DNA of 60,889 nucleotides, taken from a virus (taxonomy: Duplodnaviria > Caudoviricetes). A model generated the notes under the pieces. It was not told the DNA's origin and ran no database searches. It was given only the letters and a program-made list of their open reading frames with translations. A program made the translations under genes and the position numbers. The stretch is taken from IMG/VR virus record IMGVR_UViG_3300011439_000016, positions 1 through 60,889 of that record; one strand, written 5' to 3'. Shown piece after piece: positions 10,901 through 19,753 of this stretch (its first letter is position 1; each line of letters opens with the position of its first letter).

Positions 10901-13900
10901 GTCACGCCGGAAAATATGAAGTTCTACGAGCAACGGCTCGCCGAGTACCAGGCGCGGGTCGGCGGCGACAAGCCGAAGGAAGGCTATTCCGCCAGGAACA
11001 TGCTGGAGCCTGCGCAGAACAAGAAACTCGACACACTGCTCAAGGACCGCAGCACGCCGGCAAAGAACGAACTCGCCACCCTGCTCGACCGGGCCGTAAC
11101 GCGCAGTCAGGCGCTGGCCGAAGAGATCAACGCCGCCGGCTGGCGCATCCGCGACATCAACAGCGGGGACGTACGCATCCCGCCCGAGATCAGGGCAGCA
11201 CGCGCAAACCTGACCGCGATCGGCGGCTCGCTGGCGCGAACGCTGAACGGCATCAAGCTGGACAGCTACACAGGCAAGAAAACCCCGAAGCAGATCGAGG
11301 CCAGGGTGAAGGCCGACGTCGCGATGCTGCGCAAGGATCTGGCCAGCCAGAAACCGGAAACAATCCCGCAGCCAAAGAGGGAGCCTGCCCCGCCCGAGAA
11401 CGTGAAATACGCCGAAGAGCAAGCCGCCAGGGGAAAGAAAGAGATCGCCGAACACGCCGCCGACGTAACGGCGCGCGCCACCGCGCCGATCGACGTCAAG
11501 CTGGCGAACACGCTTCTTAACCAACCTGCAAGGTTGCGTGAAGAGGCGGCCAAACGCGGCGTTCGGCCGGACGAACTCAAGGCGCAGGCGCAAGAAGCCG
11601 TCAAACCCAAGCCGGTGGAAACGGCGCAGGTCAAGACGTTGCCCAAACCGGGTGACGATCTCGAGATCCCGGACTTCCTCAAGCGCGCGCCGAAAGCCGA
11701 GGCGCCGGCAGCTGCGGCAGAGAAGCCGCTCTACCCGCACGCCGCAACGCCCAAGCCCAAACTGGAAGCCGCCCTCGCAAAGGCCAGAGCGGAGGGGACA
11801 AAGCTCAACGAGGAAATGATCGCAGCCGGTCGCGGCACCGAGAAGCCGACGGAGACCAGGGGCAAGACCGACGACCTGTCGCAGCGCGTCAACAAATCCC
11901 ACGAACTGGAGAGAAGCCTGCAGGAAGAGGTCAAGCGGCGGCAGCGGTACCACGGCAAGACCACCCCGATCCCGGAAGGCAGCGCGCGCGACTCGTTCAT
12001 GGCCGAAGGGTTGATCCGACCAGGCGCAACGCGCGGTGACCCCGGCGCGCGGCGTGAAGGCGGTCCGCGCCGCATCGGCCGGCGCCCCGAGAAGCTGCCG
12101 ATCGGCACCGAACAGAAGATCCTGGAGAAGGGCTACGAAAAGGCGACCGGGCCGAAGCAGGAGCCGCGCAAGCCGTACATGGAGGGTGCCGAACGCAAAG
12201 GCGCCAAGGCCAAGGTCAAGACCCACGACGACGCGGTGTTCACGGGCGCCACCGTGCACGAAGCCGCCGTGTTCGCGCGCAACGCCGGCTACAAGGCGCA
12301 TCAGATTTTCGAGATGGGTGGCAAGCCCTATTCCCCGCCGAAGGCAGCCGCGTCAACAACCCCCGCCGCTGCCAAAGCCGCGCCTGCCGTCACCGGTTCC
12401 TCCGGTGGCGGCGGGACGCCGCCTGGCCCAAAGCTGACTGCGACCCCCGCGCCGGGAACGCCACAGGCACCTCCCGGCAAGATCATGGAAGCCGTCCAAG
12501 CGGGCAGCAACAAACTGTTTGATATCGGTCACGCGGTACAGATGCTGGCCACTCCGATGGTGCGCGGCACTCAGACCAGCATGGCGCTGGCCAAGGATTT
12601 TGCCAACACGTTGCGGCGCAACCGCTGGGAATGGTCGGACATCGACACCAAGATCGAGAAGAACCACAACCCGGAACGGCGCAAGGCGATGTGGGAAGCC
12701 GCCGACGCCGAGAGCGTGGCGCAGCAGCAGGGCAAGGCGGCCGGCAGCACGCCGGAATGGAAGGCCCTGGCGCCGAAAGAGCGCGACACCCTCAACGACT
12801 TGCACGAACGCGGCAAGGATGCGTGGGAGCGCGCCCGTGCTCTCGGCATGGTCGAAGGCGAGGGGTTGCCGGCCTACACGCCGCGCATGTTGATCAACCT
12901 CGCCAGGGGCAGCAGCGAAGGCGGACCAACCAACCTCGATCCGATCGGCCTCAACCTGCGCACCACCACTCCGCAGCTGAAGCACCGCAAGCACCTGACC
13001 ACGGCAGAAACCGAAGCGGCTGCAAAGCTCAAGTTCGGTGATAAGGCCGAGGTCGTAAAGGATATCCGCACCCTGCCGCTCGTCATCGCCAGACTCGAGG
13101 ATGCGATCGCCGGCCGCACCATGGTCGATGACATCAAAAAGATCGGCAAGCGCACCGGCACCGACGTCATAGCCGAAGGCTTCAAGCCGACCGGTAGCGA
13201 CCACGAGTGGTTCACCATCGATCACCCGTCGCTCAAGACCTGGCGCAAGAGCGGCGACAATTTTGTTCAGGTGCCGATCTACGTCCGCGGTGACTTCGAA
13301 GGTCCGCTACGGGCAGTCCTAACCAAGCCGTCTGGTCCGCTTTACAACCTGATGATGGACCTCAAATCCAAGTCCATGTCGGTGATCATGAACTCGCCGA
13401 TGATCCACAACGCGGTGGAGTGGGGCCGCGCGCTGCCGGCGATGCCGGGTAAGGTTCTCACCTTCAGGGTTTACTTCGACGGCAACCGCGCCAAGCACGA
13501 TCCCGCTGTCATGCGCGAGGCGATCGACAGCGGCCTGGTGCCGATCGGCAAGCGGTTCTTCAACCAGGATGTCCATGCCCTGCTGGAAGAACCGAACCTG
13601 ACGCCGGGACGATCCTGGACCTCGCAGGTTGTAGCCTTCGTACCCGGACTGTTCAGCAAGGAACTCAGCAACAAAACCAAGCTCGCCATCGATAAGGCCG
13701 GCGACTTCTGGCACAACACCTTGCTATGGGACCGGATCGGCGATCTGCAGATGGGGCTTTACACCAATCTGCGCGAAACAATCATGGCCAAGGGCGTCGA
13801 CCGGCAGACCGCTTCGCGCACGGCCGCCCACCTGGCCAACCGCTATGCCGGCGCCATCCCGCACGAAGCGATGTCCGACGGCGCGCGCAAGCTCGCCAAC

Positions 13901-14986
13901 GGGCTGATGTTCTCGCGCTCTTTCACGCTGGGCAACATCGGCGCCATGAAGGACATGTTCAACGGCATGCCGAAGGACGTGCGGGCACAGATCGAACGCG
14001 ACGTCGGCAGTCTCGACCCGAAGGCTATGGCTTACATCAAGTCGTACGCCAGGCGCAAAGCCGTTGCCATCATCGGGTTGGACATCGCGCTGATGTACAT
14101 CGGCAACTCGCTGCTGCAGAGCGGGTTGAACGTGTTGAAGGGCGACAAGACGCTTGACGAAGAAGGCCGCGGCTACATCGAACGTATGAACAGCATGATG
14201 AAGCATGTGGAGGAGAACCCGTGGGCGCTGCTGCAGCCGTTCCATTTGATGGAGTCGTTGTCGTCGACATCGGAGAACGAACCGGGCAAGCAGGACCGTG
14301 TCAGGGTAGGTTACACCAATGACGGTCAGGCCATCTACCTTCGTAACCCGGCCGGCAAGATCGGCGAGGAATTCGTCGGCTGGGCGACCGCTCCGCTCGA
14401 CATGATGCGGCGCAAGATGAGCACGATGGCGCGTCCGGCTTGGCAAATCATGTCCAACGACAAGGGCTTCGGCCGCAAGGTCTACGATCCGAACGCCGAC
14501 TCGGTTGGAAAATACACCAAGAACATAGCCAAAATATTTGAGCACATTGCTACGGCCCAAACGCCGGAGATCCAGATCAGCGGTGCGAAGAACCTCATTA
14601 CTGGTGAGGGTGACCCGACGCTGAGTAAATTCCAAACCTTCGGTCCGCTTGTCGGCGTGACGGCATCGCGCGGCGCCCCCGGCGGTCCCGCCATGGGCGA
14701 ACTCTACAAGGGCCGCGAGAAGCACCAGTTTTCCGTCAACGAGGCGCTGCCGGAGATCCGGCGTCTGATCAAGAGCGAGAAGGAAGGCGACTTCGACAAA
14801 GCGATCGACAAGATGTCCGATCTGGGCATCCCCAAGGCGCTGCAGAAATTCTACATTCGCACCACGCAAGACCCGAGCACACGGCTGACGCCAAAGGCAG
14901 CGAAGGATTTCTATCGTTACGCTACACCAGACGAAATCAAACGCTTCGAACGCGCGCAGGAGCAGCAGCAGAGGCGGCAGCAATAA
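7904..14986 (+). CDS. Giant internal virion (ejection) protein 3
   Basis: 2360 aa; Gly/Ala-rich hydrophobic segment near aa 340-480; helical C-terminal region; last and largest of the trio, as in podoviruses. Confidence 0.7.
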   Translation: MADTGYRPYGVRWDRLPQATNIDDRRGRPIGTPEQHAAMQRAAERYWAGEINGAEYTNIVQPIREAFYHQQHPTAVGRAWDTATRNLDKGWTAIDDATRSWSTPLSRDAGIDDINIRQQEVPVDTATLSDGMNSAPSDYTGDYESGDFSREEYSSPYERSTQGYDEAGFEDESGAPSYDEAGFEEDEPGYEYTEDPQQYTNPVEQSSFDETGFQEELEASSYDESGFEDAEGYAEGGEVEEDEWETYVDPPQQYAQSAVGTGTMTDESPEQPAPKPADEWETYVEPPEEAPRVPSMSDTGDVWSGQEAPPPVQRASDNEWQDYVEPDTPLGAFSREVAKGLGPAAAGSVLGAGTGAALGAAGFNPVTVVGGTLIGGVAGGFGAEALQEKGLRAWGAQDDAAIRRANEEAHPWSTYGGKAISNIAGGAAGLGKAAITTGARVLGGGIGAAWEAGVQMYHGRPAKEALPAIASSAVGGAVFAGKRPWSQWGETQGAKIGARFAPAPPPAPAPPIQPAAPPPDQGQLPFGDTQAPPHLPKAGGPQQAQIGGGEAQPALPFGQPAQPGRPGVSRQPELPLEPPPTVDAQGQYGLTLNAPHHASRHSPDSTPAGAGSAKELPPPRETQWPAVPDSARPREPNARPHSAVGEGLAQEAAGVAPRTAAGIHVLQPGQMDPTIQAGLRQPTETLPVPPRTTFEPPRPPSRTPPAPVVEPLPRSRSLTHPNTRTTQGVTEPPVPGGHTRMYQGRGQPPREFSTDRAVAQRYGQVKYTDVKNDSMPFFKPGRQQGQYVTDNPNFRQRAQPVGQIQTQPPGGRKAAPAPDATSPAATSPPAGGAPPVPRMSTPEIDAAITRAVGPGAAAAPAAPARPAAPQARQAILTTKAGKRPVRVSPDPPRKGKDGREYQKVTYKGKDYFVPAEQLTMKPPPKTDAARREESFKILADIDARKKAGQGLPEHPAEPSADMSFIGREALAIAKKIEATGQPDAKSFVAGMRAAAHTNRVTPENMKFYEQRLAEYQARVGGDKPKEGYSARNMLEPAQNKKLDTLLKDRSTPAKNELATLLDRAVTRSQALAEEINAAGWRIRDINSGDVRIPPEIRAARANLTAIGGSLARTLNGIKLDSYTGKKTPKQIEARVKADVAMLRKDLASQKPETIPQPKREPAPPENVKYAEEQAARGKKEIAEHAADVTARATAPIDVKLANTLLNQPARLREEAAKRGVRPDELKAQAQEAVKPKPVETAQVKTLPKPGDDLEIPDFLKRAPKAEAPAAAAEKPLYPHAATPKPKLEAALAKARAEGTKLNEEMIAAGRGTEKPTETRGKTDDLSQRVNKSHELERSLQEEVKRRQRYHGKTTPIPEGSARDSFMAEGLIRPGATRGDPGARREGGPRRIGRRPEKLPIGTEQKILEKGYEKATGPKQEPRKPYMEGAERKGAKAKVKTHDDAVFTGATVHEAAVFARNAGYKAHQIFEMGGKPYSPPKAAASTTPAAAKAAPAVTGSSGGGGTPPGPKLTATPAPGTPQAPPGKIMEAVQAGSNKLFDIGHAVQMLATPMVRGTQTSMALAKDFANTLRRNRWEWSDIDTKIEKNHNPERRKAMWEAADAESVAQQQGKAAGSTPEWKALAPKERDTLNDLHERGKDAWERARALGMVEGEGLPAYTPRMLINLARGSSEGGPTNLDPIGLNLRTTTPQLKHRKHLTTAETEAAAKLKFGDKAEVVKDIRTLPLVIARLEDAIAGRTMVDDIKKIGKRTGTDVIAEGFKPTGSDHEWFTIDHPSLKTWRKSGDNFVQVPIYVRGDFEGPLRAVLTKPSGPLYNLMMDLKSKSMSVIMNSPMIHNAVEWGRALPAMPGKVLTFRVYFDGNRAKHDPAVMREAIDSGLVPIGKRFFNQDVHALLEEPNLTPGRSWTSQVVAFVPGLFSKELSNKTKLAIDKAGDFWHNTLLWDRIGDLQMGLYTNLRETIMAKGVDRQTASRTAAHLANRYAGAIPHEAMSDGARKLANGLMFSRSFTLGNIGAMKDMFNGMPKDVRAQIERDVGSLDPKAMAYIKSYARRKAVAIIGLDIALMYIGNSLLQSGLNVLKGDKTLDEEGRGYIERMNSMMKHVEENPWALLQPFHLMESLSSTSENEPGKQDRVRVGYTNDGQAIYLRNPAGKIGEEFVGWATAPLDMMRRKMSTMARPAWQIMSNDKGFGRKVYDPNADSVGKYTKNIAKIFEHIATAQTPEIQISGAKNLITGEGDPTLSKFQTFGPLVGVTASRGAPGGPAMGELYKGREKHQFSVNEALPEIRRLIKSEKEGDFDKAIDKMSDLGIPKALQKFYIRTTQDPSTRLTPKAAKDFYRYATPDEIKRFERAQEQQQRRQQ

Positions 14987-14997
14987 AGGGAGCAAAC

Positions 14998-15147
14998 ATG
15001 CCACTGACCAAGTCTGCGTCCAGAGCCGCGATCGGCCGGAACATCAAGGCCGAGATCGCGGCCGGCAAGCCGCGCAAGCAGGCGGTTGCGATCGCACTCG
15101 ATGTGGCCCGCAAGGCGGGTGGAAAAATTCCAAAGAAGGGAAAATAA
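14998..15147 (+). CDS. Small basic phage protein (MPLTKSASRAAIGRNIKAEIAAGKPRKQAVAIAL...), 49 aa
   Basis: Read manually (below ORF-track cutoff); RBS gggag; KPxKQAVAIAL motif common in phages. Confidence 0.8.
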   Translation: MPLTKSASRAAIGRNIKAEIAAGKPRKQAVAIALDVARKAGGKIPKKGK

Positions 15148-15148
15148 C

Positions 15149-15367
15149 ATGGCTGAGTCATACAACTACAAAGGCAAAGGCCCGGTCAGCTGCGGCTATG
15201 CCTCGGGTGGCCCGTCGATCACCACCCGCTCGAAATTCTTGAAGGTGCCGGACACGTTCCGCACCAGCCTGCAGAAGCAGGACTACGAGAAGAAGGGCAA
15301 GGGCGGCACGCTGTCCAAGACCGAGGGCGAGAGCAAGAAAGAGAAAGCCATCAAGCCTCGGGACTGA
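15149..15367 (+). CDS. Small basic hypothetical protein with YASGG motif
   Basis: ATG 15149 immediately after previous stop; MAESYNYKGK... Confidence 0.7.
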   Translation: MAESYNYKGKGPVSCGYASGGPSITTRSKFLKVPDTFRTSLQKQDYEKKGKGGTLSKTEGESKKEKAIKPRD

Positions 15368-18281
15368 TCACTGTAAAATCTTGCTTCGACGATCCATGCG
15401 ACGTCAACAGATCGTTGAGGACATGCGGCTGACCAAACGGGACAGTGATCTCGATGCAATATTCCTGGCCCTGCGTCCAACGTGTACCGCCACCCAAAGT
15501 GATTTTGACGTCAACGGCTTTGAAGTAACCGGCCAGCCCGTTGAAAACCTGCCGCGCCTGGATCTCCTTCTTGGCGAGAAACTCGCGCATCTCCCGCTTG
15601 GAGAACACGACCTTGCGCTGATCGCGCGCGATCTCCACGTACACCGGGCGATTATCTCCAGGCTGACGCAACACACTGACGGGCTTGTGCTTATGCTCAA
15701 AAAGTCTGTCGACCACCACTGAGTTGCCTGACCCGATGTAGAAGTTCAGGAAGCTGACCAGAGCGTGTTCGGTGTTCGCGTACGAACCACCTTCGGTGCC
15801 TTCACCGCTGCGGATGTTGCGGTTGTTGATAAACGAAATCCGTAGATGCTCTTCCATGGCCTCGATATCGAGGTTAGCCCCCAACCGGTTCGCAAGCTGC
15901 GCACCGACCAGCAACACACCGCAGCTGCCCCACCAATAATTCTCGTCACTGGTCCCTTCAACCTTCTCGCGGAATGCCTTGCAGGTGTCGGCGACCATCA
16001 GGTCGATCGCGACGTGCTCGCTGGCCAGCATCCGGGCGTACTCGGCACCGATCACGCCGTAGTTCTGCTCCAGCGCGCCGAACACCCGGCCGGCATCGAC
16101 GGCGTTGACCATGCCGATGTCATCGTCCCGCTTGTTGAACTCGATCTCGAACACGCGCCGCATGCCGGCGGTGGTCGACTTCTGCTTGCGGACCAGATAC
16201 TCGACGAACGAGGAATTCGAGCACGCCGCCAACAGGGTCTGCCACTCCAGCCGCTCCTTGTAGGTGGAGTCGGTGTTGAGCCGGCCGCCCTCCGCGCCCT
16301 GCGTGGCGACAAACATCGTGTTGAACAGCGCCTCCTGGTGCCGCTCATCTTGGATGTCGTCCCAGTAGGCGGCCAGGTTCCGGCACCGCCCCAACCGGCC
16401 CTGCACGCTCTTGGGCGTCGAGTTGAGGCTCTCGCGGGTCTGCTTGGGATGCCCGAACACGGCAGCTGCGACCTGCTGCGCGGTGGACTTGGCGGTACCG
16501 GGTTCACCCCAGAACGACAGGATGGCGCCATACAGCGTGCCGGCAAACGTCATCAAGGGAGCGGCGAAGCCGACTGCTATGATGCAGTCAAGCTCCGGCC
16601 GCTTCCTGTCGGTGAGCAGCTTGCACGCCTCCAGCCACACCTCGCGCGTGCCGGCCGGCACGTACCAAGAGCGAAAGTCACTGTCGGTTGACGCGAGCAA
16701 TGCAACGTTCGTTCCGTTCTCATGATAGAGCGTGTTGCCGTAAACGAAACCGATCCGCTTGCCCGCTTCGAAGCGCCAACCCATGGTGCCGCTATCGCGG
16801 ATTGCGGTGTCTGCTTTCAACAGTTTATCCAACCAGGCCGGAGCAAATTGTTGGACCATTTTTTCGGCCTCTCGATCGTTATTGTAGAGCACGCATTTTT
16901 CAGCCAAACGCTCCAACAGTTTGCGCCCGAAGCAATTGCTTGAACTCAGGAACACCTCGATGGTGCCAGACTTGTCGGTATCGGCGATAAACCCAACACC
17001 AAACTGGCCTTCCTGATACTGCAGTGATGGATGTCTGATGAGAGTCCTCAGACAAACCACCAACCGCGCTGGTTGGATACCGCCCTTTACTTTTTTCGCC
17101 TTGATGATCGCGCAGACTTGCCCTTTGTCGTTGAGACAGAAGCCCGCCGGGAGCCGGAGGTCTGCCGGCCGCGAGCCGCCAAGCTCTTTAAGGTCTTCGT
17201 CGACCGGGTTGGTGTACGCTTCGAAACCGATGTTGACGGGGCTTTTATCCTTGGCGCGATGCCGACATCCAGCGCAGTGAACGCTTCCAGAGTCTTCGAT
17301 CGTCTTGCAGCGCGGCCATCCGATGTTTTTGCTTTTGCGTTCTTGGTTTTTCCGCGCCCAGAGATCTTCCGTGTCTTCGTAGTCGTACGTGGGGTGCTTG
17401 TTGCCAAGTTCATGTGCGAGGTCATGTCCATTCTCCAAAAATGTTGCGATGAGGGTTGTTAGATTCCACTGCGGCTGGTCGTAATCCTTGCCTCCCGTCT
17501 CATGGGCCTCGCGCAGCCATCCGCACTCGGCCTTGATGGGTGCAAATGGTAGCGGTGGAATCTCTTTTAGAACAGTCTCAGCGAGGGGGGTGACCGGTAA
17601 TTGTTTGAATGCATCAGCGACATGTAAATTGCCAGTAAGGGGCGGTTTACCCAAAATCGCTTTGAAGGCTTCGGCATAGTTGAGCCGCTCCCCGGTGCCG
17701 TATTTCGGCAGCACGCGGACCTGAGGGGGCGGGTCATACTTGTAATTGAGGGTACCCGGCACGCGCAGCACGCGGGCGGCGTCCCCGGTGCAGCCGGCGT
17801 CGAACTTCACGCCGGCCTTTAGGGCCGCGGCCTTGACCGCGTCGGCATAGGGCTGCCACTGGGCAACCGGCAGCACGGTATCTGACAGCCAATAGACGTG
17901 CAGACCGCCACCCGTCGCGACCATCAACGACGGGCGCGGGATGCCGGCGGTATCGCAGAACTGGAGGATGGCCACGACGGCTTCCGCCAAGCTCTGGTAG
18001 TGCTTGGGGCTACCGGGCTTGATGTCGGCATCCATCGGGATGCACACGAGGCCCTGGGCGTTCTCTTTATTGCGGAGACCGTCGCCCAGCTTCTGGTGCG
18101 AGATGCAGAAGTAGATGTTGTGTTTGGTTTTGGTCTTGAGCGCGGTGACGAGAGCAAGCGCAGCATCGACCGACTGGACCGACCTCCCCAAGAATTTCTG
18201 CTTGGGGAGGTGCCAGTGTATGGAAACGTAGCCCCCCAGATCCCAGGGGACTACGCTTTCTAGAAACCCCCGTACATCCAC
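15351..18281 (-). CDS. DNA primase-helicase (RepB-like primase N-terminus + DUF927-type region/P-loop helicase)
   Basis: DAD..., TGGGLHVYW, DAARVLRVPGTLNYK primase motifs; Walker A GEPGTAKS; WDD Walker B. Confidence 0.88.
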   Translation of the reverse strand: MDVRGFLESVVPWDLGGYVSIHWHLPKQKFLGRSVQSVDAALALVTALKTKTKHNIYFCISHQKLGDGLRNKENAQGLVCIPMDADIKPGSPKHYQSLAEAVVAILQFCDTAGIPRPSLMVATGGGLHVYWLSDTVLPVAQWQPYADAVKAAALKAGVKFDAGCTGDAARVLRVPGTLNYKYDPPPQVRVLPKYGTGERLNYAEAFKAILGKPPLTGNLHVADAFKQLPVTPLAETVLKEIPPLPFAPIKAECGWLREAHETGGKDYDQPQWNLTTLIATFLENGHDLAHELGNKHPTYDYEDTEDLWARKNQERKSKNIGWPRCKTIEDSGSVHCAGCRHRAKDKSPVNIGFEAYTNPVDEDLKELGGSRPADLRLPAGFCLNDKGQVCAIIKAKKVKGGIQPARLVVCLRTLIRHPSLQYQEGQFGVGFIADTDKSGTIEVFLSSSNCFGRKLLERLAEKCVLYNNDREAEKMVQQFAPAWLDKLLKADTAIRDSGTMGWRFEAGKRIGFVYGNTLYHENGTNVALLASTDSDFRSWYVPAGTREVWLEACKLLTDRKRPELDCIIAVGFAAPLMTFAGTLYGAILSFWGEPGTAKSTAQQVAAAVFGHPKQTRESLNSTPKSVQGRLGRCRNLAAYWDDIQDERHQEALFNTMFVATQGAEGGRLNTDSTYKERLEWQTLLAACSNSSFVEYLVRKQKSTTAGMRRVFEIEFNKRDDDIGMVNAVDAGRVFGALEQNYGVIGAEYARMLASEHVAIDLMVADTCKAFREKVEGTSDENYWWGSCGVLLVGAQLANRLGANLDIEAMEEHLRISFINNRNIRSGEGTEGGSYANTEHALVSFLNFYIGSGNSVVVDRLFEHKHKPVSVLRQPGDNRPVYVEIARDQRKVVFSKREMREFLAKKEIQARQVFNGLAGYFKAVDVKITLGGGTRWTQGQEYCIEITVPFGQPHVLNDLLTSHGSSKQDFTVISPEA

Positions 18282-18305
18282 GGTATGACTGCTTGGTTGG
18301 CAGGA

Positions 18306-19346
18306 CTATTTCATCATCTTGTTCATCTTGTCGCCCATCAATTTGGCGACAGTATCATCAAGATCAGAATCGCTCTCCTCGAATGTATCCGATTCAAGCT
18401 GATCCTCCACGGGGGCTGCCTTGGTTGCAGGTCTGGCCTGCTGCGGTGGCGGATCGAACGGCGCGTTTTCGATCGTCTGAGGTACCGCCCGATCCTTCGC
18501 GGGCCGGCCGCGCCGCGCTGGCGTGGATTGCCCATTGCCTCTGGCCTCAGGTTCGGCGCCGAACGCCTCCAGCAGACCGGTATCAACTTTCTCCTTGGCA
18601 GGCGCTGCAGCGGGCGGTGCGAGGGCACGCGCATCCGGCACCGTGCCCAGGATTGTTCTGGTCTGGCCGTTATCCAGCAGCGGCAGCACCACCTCGGCTT
18701 CTTTGTTGCTGAGATACTGGGCTATCTCGAACGCCATTTCGAACTGCTTGTTTGGTGTGAACGACACCCGCGTCACCACCGAGGGGTACGGAGTGTTCTC
18801 GTTCTGCAGGGCGTCCGAGTACTTCTTCAGTGACCTGAAGCTGCCGGGAGGAATCTTGAGATGCACCGGCTCCATCAACGGTGCGCCCAGCATCTTCTTG
18901 GTCATGGTCGGCATCAGCAGAAGCGCCATCCGCTTATGTTCCTGGCACTCCTTGCTGCGGCCCCCATCAGCCTTTGTGAACCACTCGTTGCGCGGACAAA
19001 TGCCGCAGGACGGCGACTGCCGATCCGGCACACCGGGGTCGGGCACTTCGCCGTCGACCGCGTAACAGATCGGTGGCGAAGCCGATTCCTCACTCCAGAC
19101 GCCACCGAAATACGCCCTGGACACATGCGGGTTGACCCCCACAATGACGCCGTCGATGTAGCTCAACGGAGTACCGTCGTCGTCACGCTTAAACGGGTAA
19201 GCGGTGCCGCCGTACATTAGATTCCAGAATTTCCCCTTGTAGCGGATGGACGGGAAACTGGGAGCAATGCCGTCAGCCAGCCCTTTGCGCGGGTCAAGGT
19301 GCCGGAAAGCGGTAGCGACTTTGTTAGCTCTGGGTGCATCAGTCAT
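18306..19346 (-). CDS. Putative single-stranded DNA-binding/replication protein
   Basis: Replication-module position; CxxCPxN motif; acidic C-terminal tail. Confidence 0.55.
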   Translation of the reverse strand: MTDAPRANKVATAFRHLDPRKGLADGIAPSFPSIRYKGKFWNLMYGGTAYPFKRDDDGTPLSYIDGVIVGVNPHVSRAYFGGVWSEESASPPICYAVDGEVPDPGVPDRQSPSCGICPRNEWFTKADGGRSKECQEHKRMALLLMPTMTKKMLGAPLMEPVHLKIPPGSFRSLKKYSDALQNENTPYPSVVTRVSFTPNKQFEMAFEIAQYLSNKEAEVVLPLLDNGQTRTILGTVPDARALAPPAAAPAKEKVDTGLLEAFGAEPEARGNGQSTPARRGRPAKDRAVPQTIENAPFDPPPQQARPATKAAPVEDQLESDTFEESDSDLDDTVAKLMGDKMNKMMK

Positions 19347-19753
19347 GCTCGAGTCACTCCTATGGTTCGCATGCTGTTAATTTTGACGCCGGGTGGTAAC
19401 ACGCCGTCGTGGGCTTCAGCGTAGTCCCGGCACGCGACACCGTTCGCCCGCCGGTCGATCAAGTCGCGAAGGTTGTGTTCGAACACAAAATCCATGAACC
19501 GATCTGGATCGGTGCAGACCCCTGTGTGCCGGACCGAAATTCGGATCGAACCTGCTGTGGTCTTCGCGCTTTTCAGTCCGTTGCCATCGAGGAATTCCAG
19601 CAGTTCGCCGGTCAGCCGTTCCTTGGCCTTGACGAACGGCTTCAGCTCCTGCCGATGTCGCTCTTCGATCGCCTCGATTTCGTCGCGGATCATGACGTAT
19701 TGCGCGACCCGCTTGTCGATTTGGATGTTTGGTTTAACGTCAGATTTCATCAT
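19343..19753 (-). CDS. Conserved phage replication-module hypothetical protein
   Basis: Coupled ORF, RBS GGAG; coiled-coil N-terminus, KSAKTTAGS. Confidence 0.7.
   Translation of the reverse strand: MMKSDVKPNIQIDKRVAQYVMIRDEIEAIEERHRQELKPFVKAKERLTGELLEFLDGNGLKSAKTTAGSIRISVRHTGVCTDPDRFMDFVFEHNLRDLIDRRANGVACRDYAEAHDGVLPPGVKINSMRTIGVTRA

Noticed and set aside
2051-15004. Long antisense and alternative-frame ORFs (e.g. 2359-4371, 9772-11520, 10382-12301, 13724-15004)
   Set aside because: Shadow ORFs of high-GC coding sequence; no recognisable motifs
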